Shown here: one piece after another, positions 36,124 to 45,066 of the stretch | Numbering within the stretch: position 1 is the stretch's first letter | Layout of the letters: the number at the start of each line of letters is the position of its first letter | Source: Candidatus Levyibacteriota bacterium | GTDB taxonomy: Bacteria; Patescibacteriota; Microgenomatia; Levybacterales; GWA1-39-11 | Direction: 5' to 3' | Assembly (NCBI GenBank): GCA_036788695.1 | Contig: DAIQMY010000001.1 | Coordinates: forward strand, 236,134 to 300,133 | DNA length: 64,000 bases | Made by a program: the position numbers and the translations under genes | The notes under the pieces: generated by a model | Seen by the model: only the letters and a program-made list of their open reading frames with translations | Told to the model about the DNA's origin: nothing | Database searches by the model: none

Positions 36124-36819
36124 CTAATTTTTCTTATCAGATATAATTAATCCATCTTTTAATCTAATAATACGCTTTGCATATTCTGCTATATCATCTT
36201 CATGAGTTATTAATATTATGGTATGTCCTTTTTTATTGAGATTCGCAAGGAAATCCATAATTTCATGTGCGGTTTTGCTGTCCAAGTTTCCCGTAGGTTC
36301 ATCTGCAAGTATAATTGAAGGGTTCATGACTATTGCACGTGCAATAGCAACCCGTTGAATTTGACCTCCAGAGATTTGGTTTGTGAGATTTTCTGCTTTG
36401 TCTGCAATCTTGACTTGCGTTAAGGCATCAATTGCTCGTTTGGTACGTTCTTTTTGATGTATCCCACCATACATCATGGGACGTTCAACATTTTTAAGAA
36501 CAGTAGTTCTTGGGAGAAGATTAAAGCTTTGAAAGACAAACCCGATTTCTTTATTTCTAATCTCAGCAAGTTGATCATCTGTATAGGATGATATGTTTTT
36601 CCCGTTTAGGGTGTATTTCCCGCTACTAGGTGTATCTAAAGCGCCTAAAATATGCATGGTTGTAGATTTTCCAGAGCCTGATGGTCCCATGATTGCTACA
36701 AATTCACCTTTGTTTATAGTGAGACTGATCCCGTTTAACGCCTGATAATAGTTCCCATCTCCAAGGGGATATTTTTTTGTAATTTTATCTAAAAAAATAA
36801 GTGGTGTGTTTTGTGGCAT
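36124..36819 (-). CDS. ABC transporter ATP-binding protein (MacB/LolD-like)
   Basis: GPSGSGKST (Walker A), LSGGQIQRVAIARA (signature), ILADEPTGNLD (Walker B) and an H-loop. Confidence 0.85.
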   Translation of the reverse strand: MPQNTPLIFLDKITKKYPLGDGNYYQALNGISLTINKGEFVAIMGPSGSGKSTTMHILGALDTPSSGKYTLNGKNISSYTDDQLAEIRNKEIGFVFQSFNLLPRTTVLKNVERPMMYGGIHQKERTKRAIDALTQVKIADKAENLTNQISGGQIQRVAIARAIVMNPSIILADEPTGNLDSKTAHEIMDFLANLNKKGHTIILITHEDDIAEYAKRIIRLKDGLIISDKKN

Positions 36820-36833
36820 GACATTGTTATTTT

Positions 36834-38069
36834 TTAAAATAGCCCTTGTCTTTTGAGAGCTTCATTAGACAAGGAAACTATGACAGTATCTCCTTCTTGA
36901 ATACCGCTTAATATTTCTGTTTTAGATTCTCCTCGAATTCCAATTTTCACGGGTTTATAGAGTATATCTTTTTTATTTTTTCCAGGGATGCGTACGGCTC
37001 TTCCACCTTTATAGAGCTTAATTGCGCTATTTGGGGCAGAGAGTACGTTTACGAGAGTTTTTGAGGTTATGGTAACATCTGCGTCCATTCCTGATCTTAA
37101 GTTTTCATCTGGATTCAAAATTTGTACGTACGTATTATATTTGATTACACCAAGGTTATTCGTTCCTACAGAATCAACCCGGGAGACAATTCCATTATAT
37201 TTCTTTTTATTTGTGGCAGAGATGCTGATTTCCGCTTTTTGTCCTTCCTTTAGCTTTGAGATATCACTTTCTCCTGTTTGAATTACAACCTCAGGATTTA
37301 TAAAATTTGCAAGAGTCAGTACTGGTTGCGTTTGTTGTGTCGGGGTATATGCAGAGACCGTTTTGCCGGGAGCAACTGAAAGATTTGATACCGTTCCGTC
37401 TGCGGGGGATCGAACAGTTGCGTTTTGTGTTGCACTATAAGCAAGATTTGCATTTCCCAAAGCAGCCTTCGCCTGGCTTACCACTGCTTGTTGATTTTTA
37501 TACTGTGCTTCTGCTGCGAGCCAATCATTTTGCGTGGTAGTGAACTCAGGCAGGACACGCTCAGATGTTTTAGGGCTGCCATCCGAGTTTTGATATTTTG
37601 AATTTGTAGCAAGTTCATAGTAAGTATCCCAAGCTGCGTCCTTTGCTGATTGAAGAGAATACATTGCAGCATTGGCTGTGCCTAATGCGCTTTGTGCCTG
37701 AAGAAGCGTAGCAAGTGCGCTTGCTTTTTCTTGTTCTGAAGCACTACTTTTAACGGTGAACAGTTCGTCATTTTCTTTTATATTTTCACCATTTTTAACA
37801 AAAATATTTTCAATCGTACCGTTTGTGGGAGAATACACATCAACTCTTCCGGATACCTCTATCTGTCCGGTTTCTGTCACCTGTTCGCTTATTGTACTTC
37901 TTGTGATTTTTGCAGTCGTATAGTCCGGCTTTCGGGTTAGAGCAGATATGGTGCTTGAGGCTACTAGTACGCCTATAATGATAACTGTGATTATTAAAAG
38001 CTTCTTTTTGAAAGATAAGTGCGAAAACCAGTTTTTAAACTTAATAAATGGCTTTTTTATTGTGTTCAT
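36834..38069 (-). CDS. Efflux periplasmic adaptor (MacA/HlyD family)
   Basis: An N-terminal TM, a coiled-coil hairpin, then lipoyl/beta-barrel-like regions. It is the first gene of the minus-strand efflux cluster. Confidence 0.65.
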   Translation of the reverse strand: MNTIKKPFIKFKNWFSHLSFKKKLLIITVIIIGVLVASSTISALTRKPDYTTAKITRSTISEQVTETGQIEVSGRVDVYSPTNGTIENIFVKNGENIKENDELFTVKSSASEQEKASALATLLQAQSALGTANAAMYSLQSAKDAAWDTYYELATNSKYQNSDGSPKTSERVLPEFTTTQNDWLAAEAQYKNQQAVVSQAKAALGNANLAYSATQNATVRSPADGTVSNLSVAPGKTVSAYTPTQQTQPVLTLANFINPEVVIQTGESDISKLKEGQKAEISISATNKKKYNGIVSRVDSVGTNNLGVIKYNTYVQILNPDENLRSGMDADVTITSKTLVNVLSAPNSAIKLYKGGRAVRIPGKNKKDILYKPVKIGIRGESKTEILSGIQEGDTVIVSLSNEALKRQGLF

Positions 38070-38230
38070 AGGTCGTATGCTGTGTGTCTAGTATATATGA
38101 TTCGCAGTATAAACTCTACCAAAAAAAGCGAATAAGTCAGTGACGCATATCAAATGCATCTTATTTTTTGGGCTTGGGGTTGTTAAATAAGGGAAATGGT
38201 GTATAATAATAAGGATAAATAAGCAAAAGA

Positions 38231-38253
38231 GGTGGGAAGTTCCCACCTTTTTT
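38231..38253 (+). terminator. Intrinsic-terminator-like hairpin + T6 in the nusA 5' leader (putative attenuator)
   Basis: GGTGGGAAGTTCCCACC followed by TTTTTT, 14 nt upstream of the nusA ATG. A TTGTTA-N16-TATAAT promoter lies at ~38180-38207. Confidence 0.45.
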
Positions 38254-38266
38254 AAAATAAAAATAT

Positions 38267-39367
38267 ATGGCAGTATTACAGAGATCAGAATTTGCACTAG
38301 CCTTAAACCAAATAGCTTCTGAAAGAGGAGTTGACGCATCTGTGATTTTAGAGACAATGCGCTCCGCAATACTTGCTGCGTATCGCAAGGATAATCCTTC
38401 TGAAGAAGAAGATATCGCATATACCATAGATTTGAATGAGAATACTGGTGAAACACGTATTTTAAAGGATGGAAAAGACATAACTCCTCCGGGTTTTGGG
38501 CGAATCGCAGCTCAAACCGCAAAACAGGTATTACTTCAAAAAATAAGAGAGCGTGAGAAAGACGCGATAATTGACGAATACTCAAAGCGTATAGGCACTG
38601 TTGTGAATGGTATGATCCTTCGTTTTGCAGGACCAAATATTATTGTGGATATTGGTAAGGCTGAGGCTATTTTGCCCGCGAATCAAAGAATTTCAAATGA
38701 GCAATACTTCCTAAATAAAAAAATGCCGGTATATATTATGGAGATTTCTGAGGAGAAAGGGAGAGAAGTATTGGTTTCAAGAGCTCACAATGGACTCATT
38801 GAAGGACTTTTAAAAAGAGAAGTTCCTGAGGTTGCAGCAGGAAGTGTCGTAATAGATAAAATAGTAAGAGAGCCTGGATCTCGAGCAAAAATAGCTGTCT
38901 CATCTAAACAATCAGGGGTGGATCCTGTGGGTTCATGTGTTGGTCAGAAGGGAGTACGTATACAGTCTGTTATAGATGCATTAGATGGACTAGAAAAAAT
39001 AGATGTTATCCAGGGCAGTTCTGATCCTGCAAAATTTATTGCAAACGCTTTATCTCCCGCGAAGGAGCTTACTGTTGAAGTGAATGAAAAGGAAAAAATT
39101 GCATACGTTTCTGCTCCAAAAGAAGAACTACCTCTTATAATTGGTCGTGACGGGCAAAATGTACGACTTGCATCAAAGCTTGCAGGATATAACATAGAGG
39201 TGAAAGATGTTTCACCAGTAGTAGAGGATGTAGCTACACAGGAGGATCTACCTCAAGGGGAGACACAGGCGGAAAAACTGCCTCAAGCTGCAGAAAAATC
39301 AGAATCTGAAGAAAATTCTTCAACCATTGCTACCTCACAGGAAGAAAAAACAGAAGAAACTGCGTAG
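38267..39367 (+). CDS. nusA: Transcription termination/antitermination factor NusA
   Basis: The N-terminal domain, S1 and two KH regions (GVDPVGSCVGQKGVRIQ) match NusA. It has an acidic C-terminal tail and no AR domains. Confidence 0.85.
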   Translation: MAVLQRSEFALALNQIASERGVDASVILETMRSAILAAYRKDNPSEEEDIAYTIDLNENTGETRILKDGKDITPPGFGRIAAQTAKQVLLQKIREREKDAIIDEYSKRIGTVVNGMILRFAGPNIIVDIGKAEAILPANQRISNEQYFLNKKMPVYIMEISEEKGREVLVSRAHNGLIEGLLKREVPEVAAGSVVIDKIVREPGSRAKIAVSSKQSGVDPVGSCVGQKGVRIQSVIDALDGLEKIDVIQGSSDPAKFIANALSPAKELTVEVNEKEKIAYVSAPKEELPLIIGRDGQNVRLASKLAGYNIEVKDVSPVVEDVATQEDLPQGETQAEKLPQAAEKSESEENSSTIATSQEEKTEETA

Positions 39368-39453
39368 CTGTATATCTTCAATTTTAATTTACAATACTCA
39401 TATAATGTGCGCATTGAAAATTCAATGAAAATGAAAGATTGTAAATTGAAAAT

Positions 39454-40956
39454 TTGCAAGAAACAAAATACATTATGGATATAAAAAAAACAAATTCAAA
39501 TAGTGTTTCTGTTCACTTTCCTCCCGTTGTTTCAGTTTTGGGACATGTTGATCATGGAAAGACCTCACTTTTAGATGCAATAAGAAAATCAGACATAGCA
39601 TCTCGTGAACATGGAGGAATAACTCAGAGAATAGGAACCTCTGAAATAGAAATAGACCATGAAGGGAAAAAGAGAGCAATAACCTTTATTGACACGCCTG
39701 GTCATGAGGCATTTTTTACTATGCGTGCTCAAGGGGTAAACGCTTCTGATATTGCACTTCTTGTGGTGGCAGCAGATGATGGGATAAAACCACAAACCAA
39801 AGAATCAATTGAAAAAATTCTTGAGGCAAAAATCCCATTTATTGTAGTTATCACAAAGATAGATCTTGAAACTGCTCAGATTGAAAGAACGAAGCAAATG
39901 ATATTAGGAGAAGGAATCTTGCTTGAGGGATTGGGCGGTGAAACTCCCTATATAGGCGTATCCTCAAAAACCGGTGAACATATGAAGGATCTTTTAGATC
40001 TGATACTACTTGTGTATGATCTTTCGCATACTGAAAAAAAGGAAAATGCTCCATTCATGGGAGTTGTTATAGACTCAAAGTTAGATAAAAAAAGAGGAGC
40101 TGTTTCAACGATAATCGTAAAACAAGGAACGCTTAATTCTTCTTCAAAAATATTTGCAAGCGGAAAGGAATTTGGAAAAGTACGAGCACTATTTGCTTCA
40201 GATGGGAAAATGGTAAGAGAAGCATTCCCTGGTCATGGAGTTGAAATATTAGGGCTTACAACCGTTATTCAAACCGGCACCTTATTATTTGATATGCCTC
40301 AACAGGGAAAATCAGAGAATAAAAGTTCAGAATCAAAATCTCAGTTTTCATCGCAAGACTTGAGAAGTTTCTTTGACGAGCAAGATAAGGAGACAATCTC
40401 TATTATTTTGAAAGCTGATACAACCGGTGAGATGGACGCTATTAAAAGTTCATTGCCGGATGATGTTGCTATAGTAGCAGAAGGTCAGGGAGAGATTACT
40501 ATTGCAGATATTTTACTTGCCAAAGATTTAAAAGCTATAGTTATAGGATTTAATGTAGGAATTACGAAAGAAGCAAAAAGCCTGGCAGATTCTGAAGGGG
40601 TATTTTATAAAGAATACACAATTATATACAAGCTATTAGATGAGTTAGTTGACTTAGCGCATGGATTGGGTCAAGAGGAAGAGGTTAAGATTAGAGGCAA
40701 GGCTGACATACTTGCTTCATTTCCTACACAAGAAGGAAGAATTTTAGGGGTAAAGGTAGTAGAGGGAAGACTTGCCCTGCAGGATCCTATTATTGTTACG
40801 AGAAAAGATATAGAGGTAGGTCGCGCCAAGATTGTTCTTTTGAAGCGAGGCAAAGCTGAGGTCAAAGAGGTTGCAAGAGGTCTTGAATGTGGTGTAACTA
40901 TAAGTCCTTTTGTTGACTTTGAAGTAGGGGATGTGCTATTATCCCATAGCAAATAA
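39454..40956 (+). CDS. infB: Translation initiation factor IF-2 (short form, G-domain onward)
   Basis: VSVLGHVDHGKTSLLD, DTPGHEAF and NKID-like TKID are GTPase motifs, with IF-2 domains II to IV following. At 500 aa it has no long N-terminal region. Confidence 0.85.
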   Translation: MQETKYIMDIKKTNSNSVSVHFPPVVSVLGHVDHGKTSLLDAIRKSDIASREHGGITQRIGTSEIEIDHEGKKRAITFIDTPGHEAFFTMRAQGVNASDIALLVVAADDGIKPQTKESIEKILEAKIPFIVVITKIDLETAQIERTKQMILGEGILLEGLGGETPYIGVSSKTGEHMKDLLDLILLVYDLSHTEKKENAPFMGVVIDSKLDKKRGAVSTIIVKQGTLNSSSKIFASGKEFGKVRALFASDGKMVREAFPGHGVEILGLTTVIQTGTLLFDMPQQGKSENKSSESKSQFSSQDLRSFFDEQDKETISIILKADTTGEMDAIKSSLPDDVAIVAEGQGEITIADILLAKDLKAIVIGFNVGITKEAKSLADSEGVFYKEYTIIYKLLDELVDLAHGLGQEEEVKIRGKADILASFPTQEGRILGVKVVEGRLALQDPIIVTRKDIEVGRAKIVLLKRGKAEVKEVARGLECGVTISPFVDFEVGDVLLSHSK

Positions 40957-40998
40957 GGCTCTTCATAAATGAGCCTAAAAAAGGCAAGATAGGCAGAT

Positions 40999-42087
40999 AT
41001 GGATAATTTTAATAAAGTAAAAAGTGAATTAGTGCAGCTCATTTCAGAAAACACAGGTATTGGTATTGTAGTGTCAAGCAATCAGACTTTAGATGTGCTT
41101 GCAGCCGCAATATCACTACACCTTATGCTTCAGGACTCAGGAAAAAACTCTCAGGTAGCATCTCAAAAAAACCCAACTGTTGAGCACTCATTTCTAGTCG
41201 GAATAGATCAGCTAAAAAATAGTTTTTCTGGTTTGACACGCACACTTACTGTTTCTTTTCCATATCATGATGGGGATATAGAAAAGGTGTCATATAACAT
41301 AGAAGGTGATAGGCTTAACGTGAACTTATTCGCGGAAGAACAAGGGATAGGGTTTACTGAAAAAGATATAAAATACATAAGACAAGGGTCATCACCTAAT
41401 TTAATAATTACAATAGGTGTGCTTCAGGCTTCAGAGATAGATGGTTTGGTGGGACAGGAAACAAAAATTATCAATATTGATAATTCGGTACATAATTCGA
41501 TGTTTGGACAGGTGAATATAGTTGATGCGTCTTACTCCTCACTTTCTGAATTAGTAGCAAAAATAGCAAGTGAATTACAATTTGTCATTGAATTTGATGT
41601 AGCCCAAAACTTATTAGACGGTATAGCTTCCGCAACAAATAATTTCATGTCTCCTAAAACGTCTCCATTGGCATTTGAAATGGCTGGATTTTTAATGCAA
41701 AAAGGGGCAATCCGAAAAGACATGAAAGAGTCGCGAATACAAAGAGACGAATCCCTTGAGCTGTTGGGTAAAAAAACAGATAATATAACTCGACAGATTC
41801 CAAGAGATGGAGGATTTAATAAAACAATCAGCTCAGCACCCCAAGATAGGCAAATTGACGGGATGCAGAATATGGCTCAGGAAGAATTTGGAAATGAAGA
41901 AGTATCAAGTCAAATAAATGCGCCAAAGAGACAATCAGTGCAATCTTCAAGTCATCCAAGTGTTCCGCAGCCAGAACCATTTACCCTAGAGGAAAACACA
42001 TCAGTATTAGACAATATACCTTCAGAAGATGAAGCTCCATCTGATTGGTTTACACCCAAGGTATTTAAATCAACGAAGGGAAATTAA
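40999..42087 (+). CDS. DHH-family (NrnA-like) protein with catalytic motifs substituted (likely pseudo-enzyme)
   Basis: Motif I IVVSSNQTLDVLAAAISL compares with the consensus VxHHNPDGDAxGS. Motif III INIDNSVHNSMFG compares with VIDHH...FG. It has a DHHA1-like C-terminus and a Q/S-rich tail, and sits where nrnA sits in nusA-infB operons. Confidence 0.4.
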   Translation: MDNFNKVKSELVQLISENTGIGIVVSSNQTLDVLAAAISLHLMLQDSGKNSQVASQKNPTVEHSFLVGIDQLKNSFSGLTRTLTVSFPYHDGDIEKVSYNIEGDRLNVNLFAEEQGIGFTEKDIKYIRQGSSPNLIITIGVLQASEIDGLVGQETKIINIDNSVHNSMFGQVNIVDASYSSLSELVAKIASELQFVIEFDVAQNLLDGIASATNNFMSPKTSPLAFEMAGFLMQKGAIRKDMKESRIQRDESLELLGKKTDNITRQIPRDGGFNKTISSAPQDRQIDGMQNMAQEEFGNEEVSSQINAPKRQSVQSSSHPSVPQPEPFTLEENTSVLDNIPSEDEAPSDWFTPKVFKSTKGN

Positions 42088-42164
42088 AATTTAGCTGTAT
42101 AATTTACCTACAAAGTACTAATACTAAAATAGAGAGGACACACAAACTGATAAAAAGATAATTA

Positions 42165-42193
42165 TTGAATTAAGAGCGAGTACCTGGTATAAT
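42165..42193 (+). promoter_or_regulatory. Sigma70-like promoter TTGAAT-N17-TATAAT (TG-extended) for rpsO-pnp
   Basis: TTGAAT at ~42165-42170, spacer TAAGAGCGAGTACCTGG, and TATAAT at ~42188-42193, about 75 nt upstream of rpsO. Confidence 0.5.
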
Positions 42194-42266
42194 ACTTTAT
42201 ATATTCATAAAAGAAAGAAGATTCTAGGCAAATAACTCCTAAATTGGCCTCGAATTATTAAGAACA

Positions 42267-42533
42267 ATGGCATTATCAACTGACGAAAAGAAAAAAATTA
42301 TTGGTGACCACGCAGTGGTTGACGGAGATACTGGAAGCCCTGAGGTTCAAATTGCGCTTCTTTCACATAAGATAGAGAAACTTGCCGAGCATTTAAAAAT
42401 TCACCAAAAAGATTCTCATAGTAGACGGGGACTTTTGAATATGCTTTCTAAAAGACGCAGACTGTTTAACTTTTTAACTAAAATGGATAAAGAGAGATCA
42501 ACAGGTATTGGTCAAAAATTTGGTCTTTCATAA
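42267..42533 (+). CDS. rpsO: 30S ribosomal protein S15
   Basis: LAEHLKIHQKDSHSRRGLLNMLSKRRRLFNFL is the S15 signature, at 88 aa. Confidence 0.85.
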   Translation: MALSTDEKKKIIGDHAVVDGDTGSPEVQIALLSHKIEKLAEHLKIHQKDSHSRRGLLNMLSKRRRLFNFLTKMDKERSTGIGQKFGLS

Positions 42534-42567
42534 TTACCTCAAGAGTAATAATATAAACCACGATTAA

Positions 42568-44925
42568 TTGACGACAAAAAAAATGAAAAAATTTAAAAAA
42601 TCTTTCGATATAAATGGTAGAACCATTACCTTAGAAACTGGACTTCTTGCAGAGCAGACGACAGCAGCTGTTTTGGGGCGCATGGGTGACACTATGGTTT
42701 TAACCACTGTTGTTATGGGTGCAAATGATACTACGCTAGACTATTTTCCATTAAGTGTTGAATATGTTGAAAGACTTTACGCGGGGGGTCGTATAAAAGG
42801 AAGCCGTTGGGTGAAGCGTGAAGGTCGTCCTTCTGATGATGCGATTCTTACTGCACGTCTTATTGACCGTTCAATTCGTCCCTTATTTCCTAAAGAACTA
42901 AAGAAAGACGTTCAAGTGGTAATAACAGTTTTGTCAGTTGATGGTGAACATGATCCTGATGTTCTTTCAGCAATTACTACTTCGGCAGCTCTTTCTGTTT
43001 CAAAGATTCCCTGGAATGGTCCTATTGGTACATCTCGAGTAGGCTTGATTCGTCAAAATGGAAATGAAGAGCTAGTAATAAACCCACATGTTACAGAATA
43101 TCCATTTGCAGATATGGATTTGATTGTTTCATCTCTCAATAACCGTTCTATTATGATAGAGGCTGGTGCAAAACAGGTTGAGGAGAAATACTTTATTGAC
43201 GGTATTAAGAAAGCAAAAGAAGCAAATGCAAAAATAATAGACTTTATAAATGAAATGGTTACGGAAATAGGTGAAAAGAAAGTACAACTCTCAAAAGATG
43301 AAAAATTGGAAGAAGTGAAGCTACTCGTTGAAAAATCATACAAAGATAAAATGCATAAGCTCATTGCAGATGGAGTTACGCGTGAAGTAGGAGGAGAATT
43401 AGGAAAAATAGCTGAAGAGATTTACGAAGCTGAGAAAGCGAAGGCTGACAGGGATGGAGAGGCGATGGATCTTGATAAGAAAAAGATTGCAACAGGCGTA
43501 GACTATGTATTTAAAAAAACGGTTCGTGAGATGATAGTTCGTGAAGGAAAACGCCCAGATGGACGTGGTCTCAAAGAGATCAGAAAAATTTCAGCAGAGG
43601 TTGGTATCTTGCCAAGAACCCATGGTTCAGCAGTCTTTACCAGAGGAGAAACCCAAGTTTTGTCTGTTGCAACATTAGGATCGTCATCTATGGAACAATT
43701 ACTTGAAGGTCCTGAAGGTGAAGAAAAAAAGAGCTATATGCATCACTACTCTTTTCCTCCATACTCTGTAGGAGAAACAGGACGTATGGGGAGTCCCAAT
43801 AGACGCGAGATAGGACACGGAGCCCTTGCGGAACGAGCTTTAGAGGCAGTTTTGCCTGAATCAACCGTATTTCCTTATGCAATTCGTGTCGTATCAGAAG
43901 TTATGAGTTCAAACGGTTCTACTTCTCAAGCTTCTGTATGTGGCTCTACCTTAGCGCTTATGGATGCAGGGGTACCTTTGCTTGCACCAGTTGGAGGAAT
44001 TGCAATTGGGTTAATGACGTTGGATGATAAGTCCATAGTTTTAACAGACATTATAGGTCTTGAGGATTTTGCAGGAGATATGGATTTTAAAGTTGCTGGA
44101 ACTACAAAGGGAATTACTGCAATTCAAATGGATACAAAAATTGCTGGTCTTACAGATGAGGTAGTTGAGGAGACACTTGAAGACGCGAAAAATGCAAGAA
44201 CTTCCGTGCTTGAATCAATGATGAGCGTAATGCCTGAAGCAAGAAAAGATGTTTCTAAGTATGCACCAAAGATTAAGACTATTAAAATTAATCCGGAAAA
44301 AATCGGAGAAGTTATAGGTTCAGGAGGAAAAACTATACGAAATATTTCAGCATCAACAGGTGCGACTGTAGACGTTGAGGAGGATGGGACAGTATCAGTT
44401 GCGGCAGTAGATGAGGAAGCAGTTGAGAAAGCAGCGCATTGGATTGATCTTATAACTCGGGAGCTTACCCCGGGGGAAATTTTTGACGGAAAGGTAAAGA
44501 GAGTGGTTGGATTTGGTGCTTTTGTAGAAATTGTTCCAGGGAAAGAAGGTCTTGTACATGTTTCTGAAATGTCTCCTGAATATGTTGCAGATCCAAATGA
44601 TGTAGTAAAGCTTGGACAGGAAGTGAAGGTAAGAGTGAAAGAAGTTGATGAACATGGAAGAATTAACCTATCAATGCTCTTTGGAGAAGACGCTGAAAAA
44701 GCGAAAGAAGCGGGTAAAAAAGATGATGGACGCGGAGGAGACAGAGGTTCACGAGATGATAAGCCTAGATTCGAGAGTCGTGAACGACGTAGCTTTGGAC
44801 ATGGTGGGGCAGGAAGACGCCCAAGCAGCAGTAGGGGTCAACGCCCTGATGCGGGTTCACAAGGTGGAGGAATCAGAAATGAATTTGGAAGCACATACTC
44901 TGGTGCGCGTCGTCCACGAAGATAA
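42568..44925 (+). CDS. pnp: Polynucleotide phosphorylase (PNPase) with R/G-rich C-terminal tail
   Basis: Two RNase PH domains, a KH domain (IGEVIGSGGKTIR), an S1 domain, and an N-terminal FDINGRTITLETGLLAEQ. It sits immediately after rpsO. Confidence 0.9.
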   Translation: MTTKKMKKFKKSFDINGRTITLETGLLAEQTTAAVLGRMGDTMVLTTVVMGANDTTLDYFPLSVEYVERLYAGGRIKGSRWVKREGRPSDDAILTARLIDRSIRPLFPKELKKDVQVVITVLSVDGEHDPDVLSAITTSAALSVSKIPWNGPIGTSRVGLIRQNGNEELVINPHVTEYPFADMDLIVSSLNNRSIMIEAGAKQVEEKYFIDGIKKAKEANAKIIDFINEMVTEIGEKKVQLSKDEKLEEVKLLVEKSYKDKMHKLIADGVTREVGGELGKIAEEIYEAEKAKADRDGEAMDLDKKKIATGVDYVFKKTVREMIVREGKRPDGRGLKEIRKISAEVGILPRTHGSAVFTRGETQVLSVATLGSSSMEQLLEGPEGEEKKSYMHHYSFPPYSVGETGRMGSPNRREIGHGALAERALEAVLPESTVFPYAIRVVSEVMSSNGSTSQASVCGSTLALMDAGVPLLAPVGGIAIGLMTLDDKSIVLTDIIGLEDFAGDMDFKVAGTTKGITAIQMDTKIAGLTDEVVEETLEDAKNARTSVLESMMSVMPEARKDVSKYAPKIKTIKINPEKIGEVIGSGGKTIRNISASTGATVDVEEDGTVSVAAVDEEAVEKAAHWIDLITRELTPGEIFDGKVKRVVGFGAFVEIVPGKEGLVHVSEMSPEYVADPNDVVKLGQEVKVRVKEVDEHGRINLSMLFGEDAEKAKEAGKKDDGRGGDRGSRDDKPRFESRERRSFGHGGAGRRPSSSRGQRPDAGSQGGGIRNEFGSTYSGARRPRR

Positions 44926-45066
44926 GGCACTATCTTCATATTTATTATTCTAGGGAATCTGAAACATTCACTCAATCGGACTTTTTAGAGGTAATCAATA
45001 CGGTTAAACTCCAATCAGATTTTTATTTTTCATGATAATATTTTCTATTCTTGCTATACTAATTCT

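Noticed and set aside
38088-38636. Track ORFs 38088..38636(-) and 38161..38481(-)
   Set aside because: They overlap the nusA promoter, leader and 5' coding region on the opposite strand and have no domain content. nusA is unambiguous.
40957-40998. Hairpin GGCTC-N9-GAGCC after infB
   Set aside because: No U-tract follows it, and the next gene starts 25 nt later on the same strand, so it is more likely incidental.
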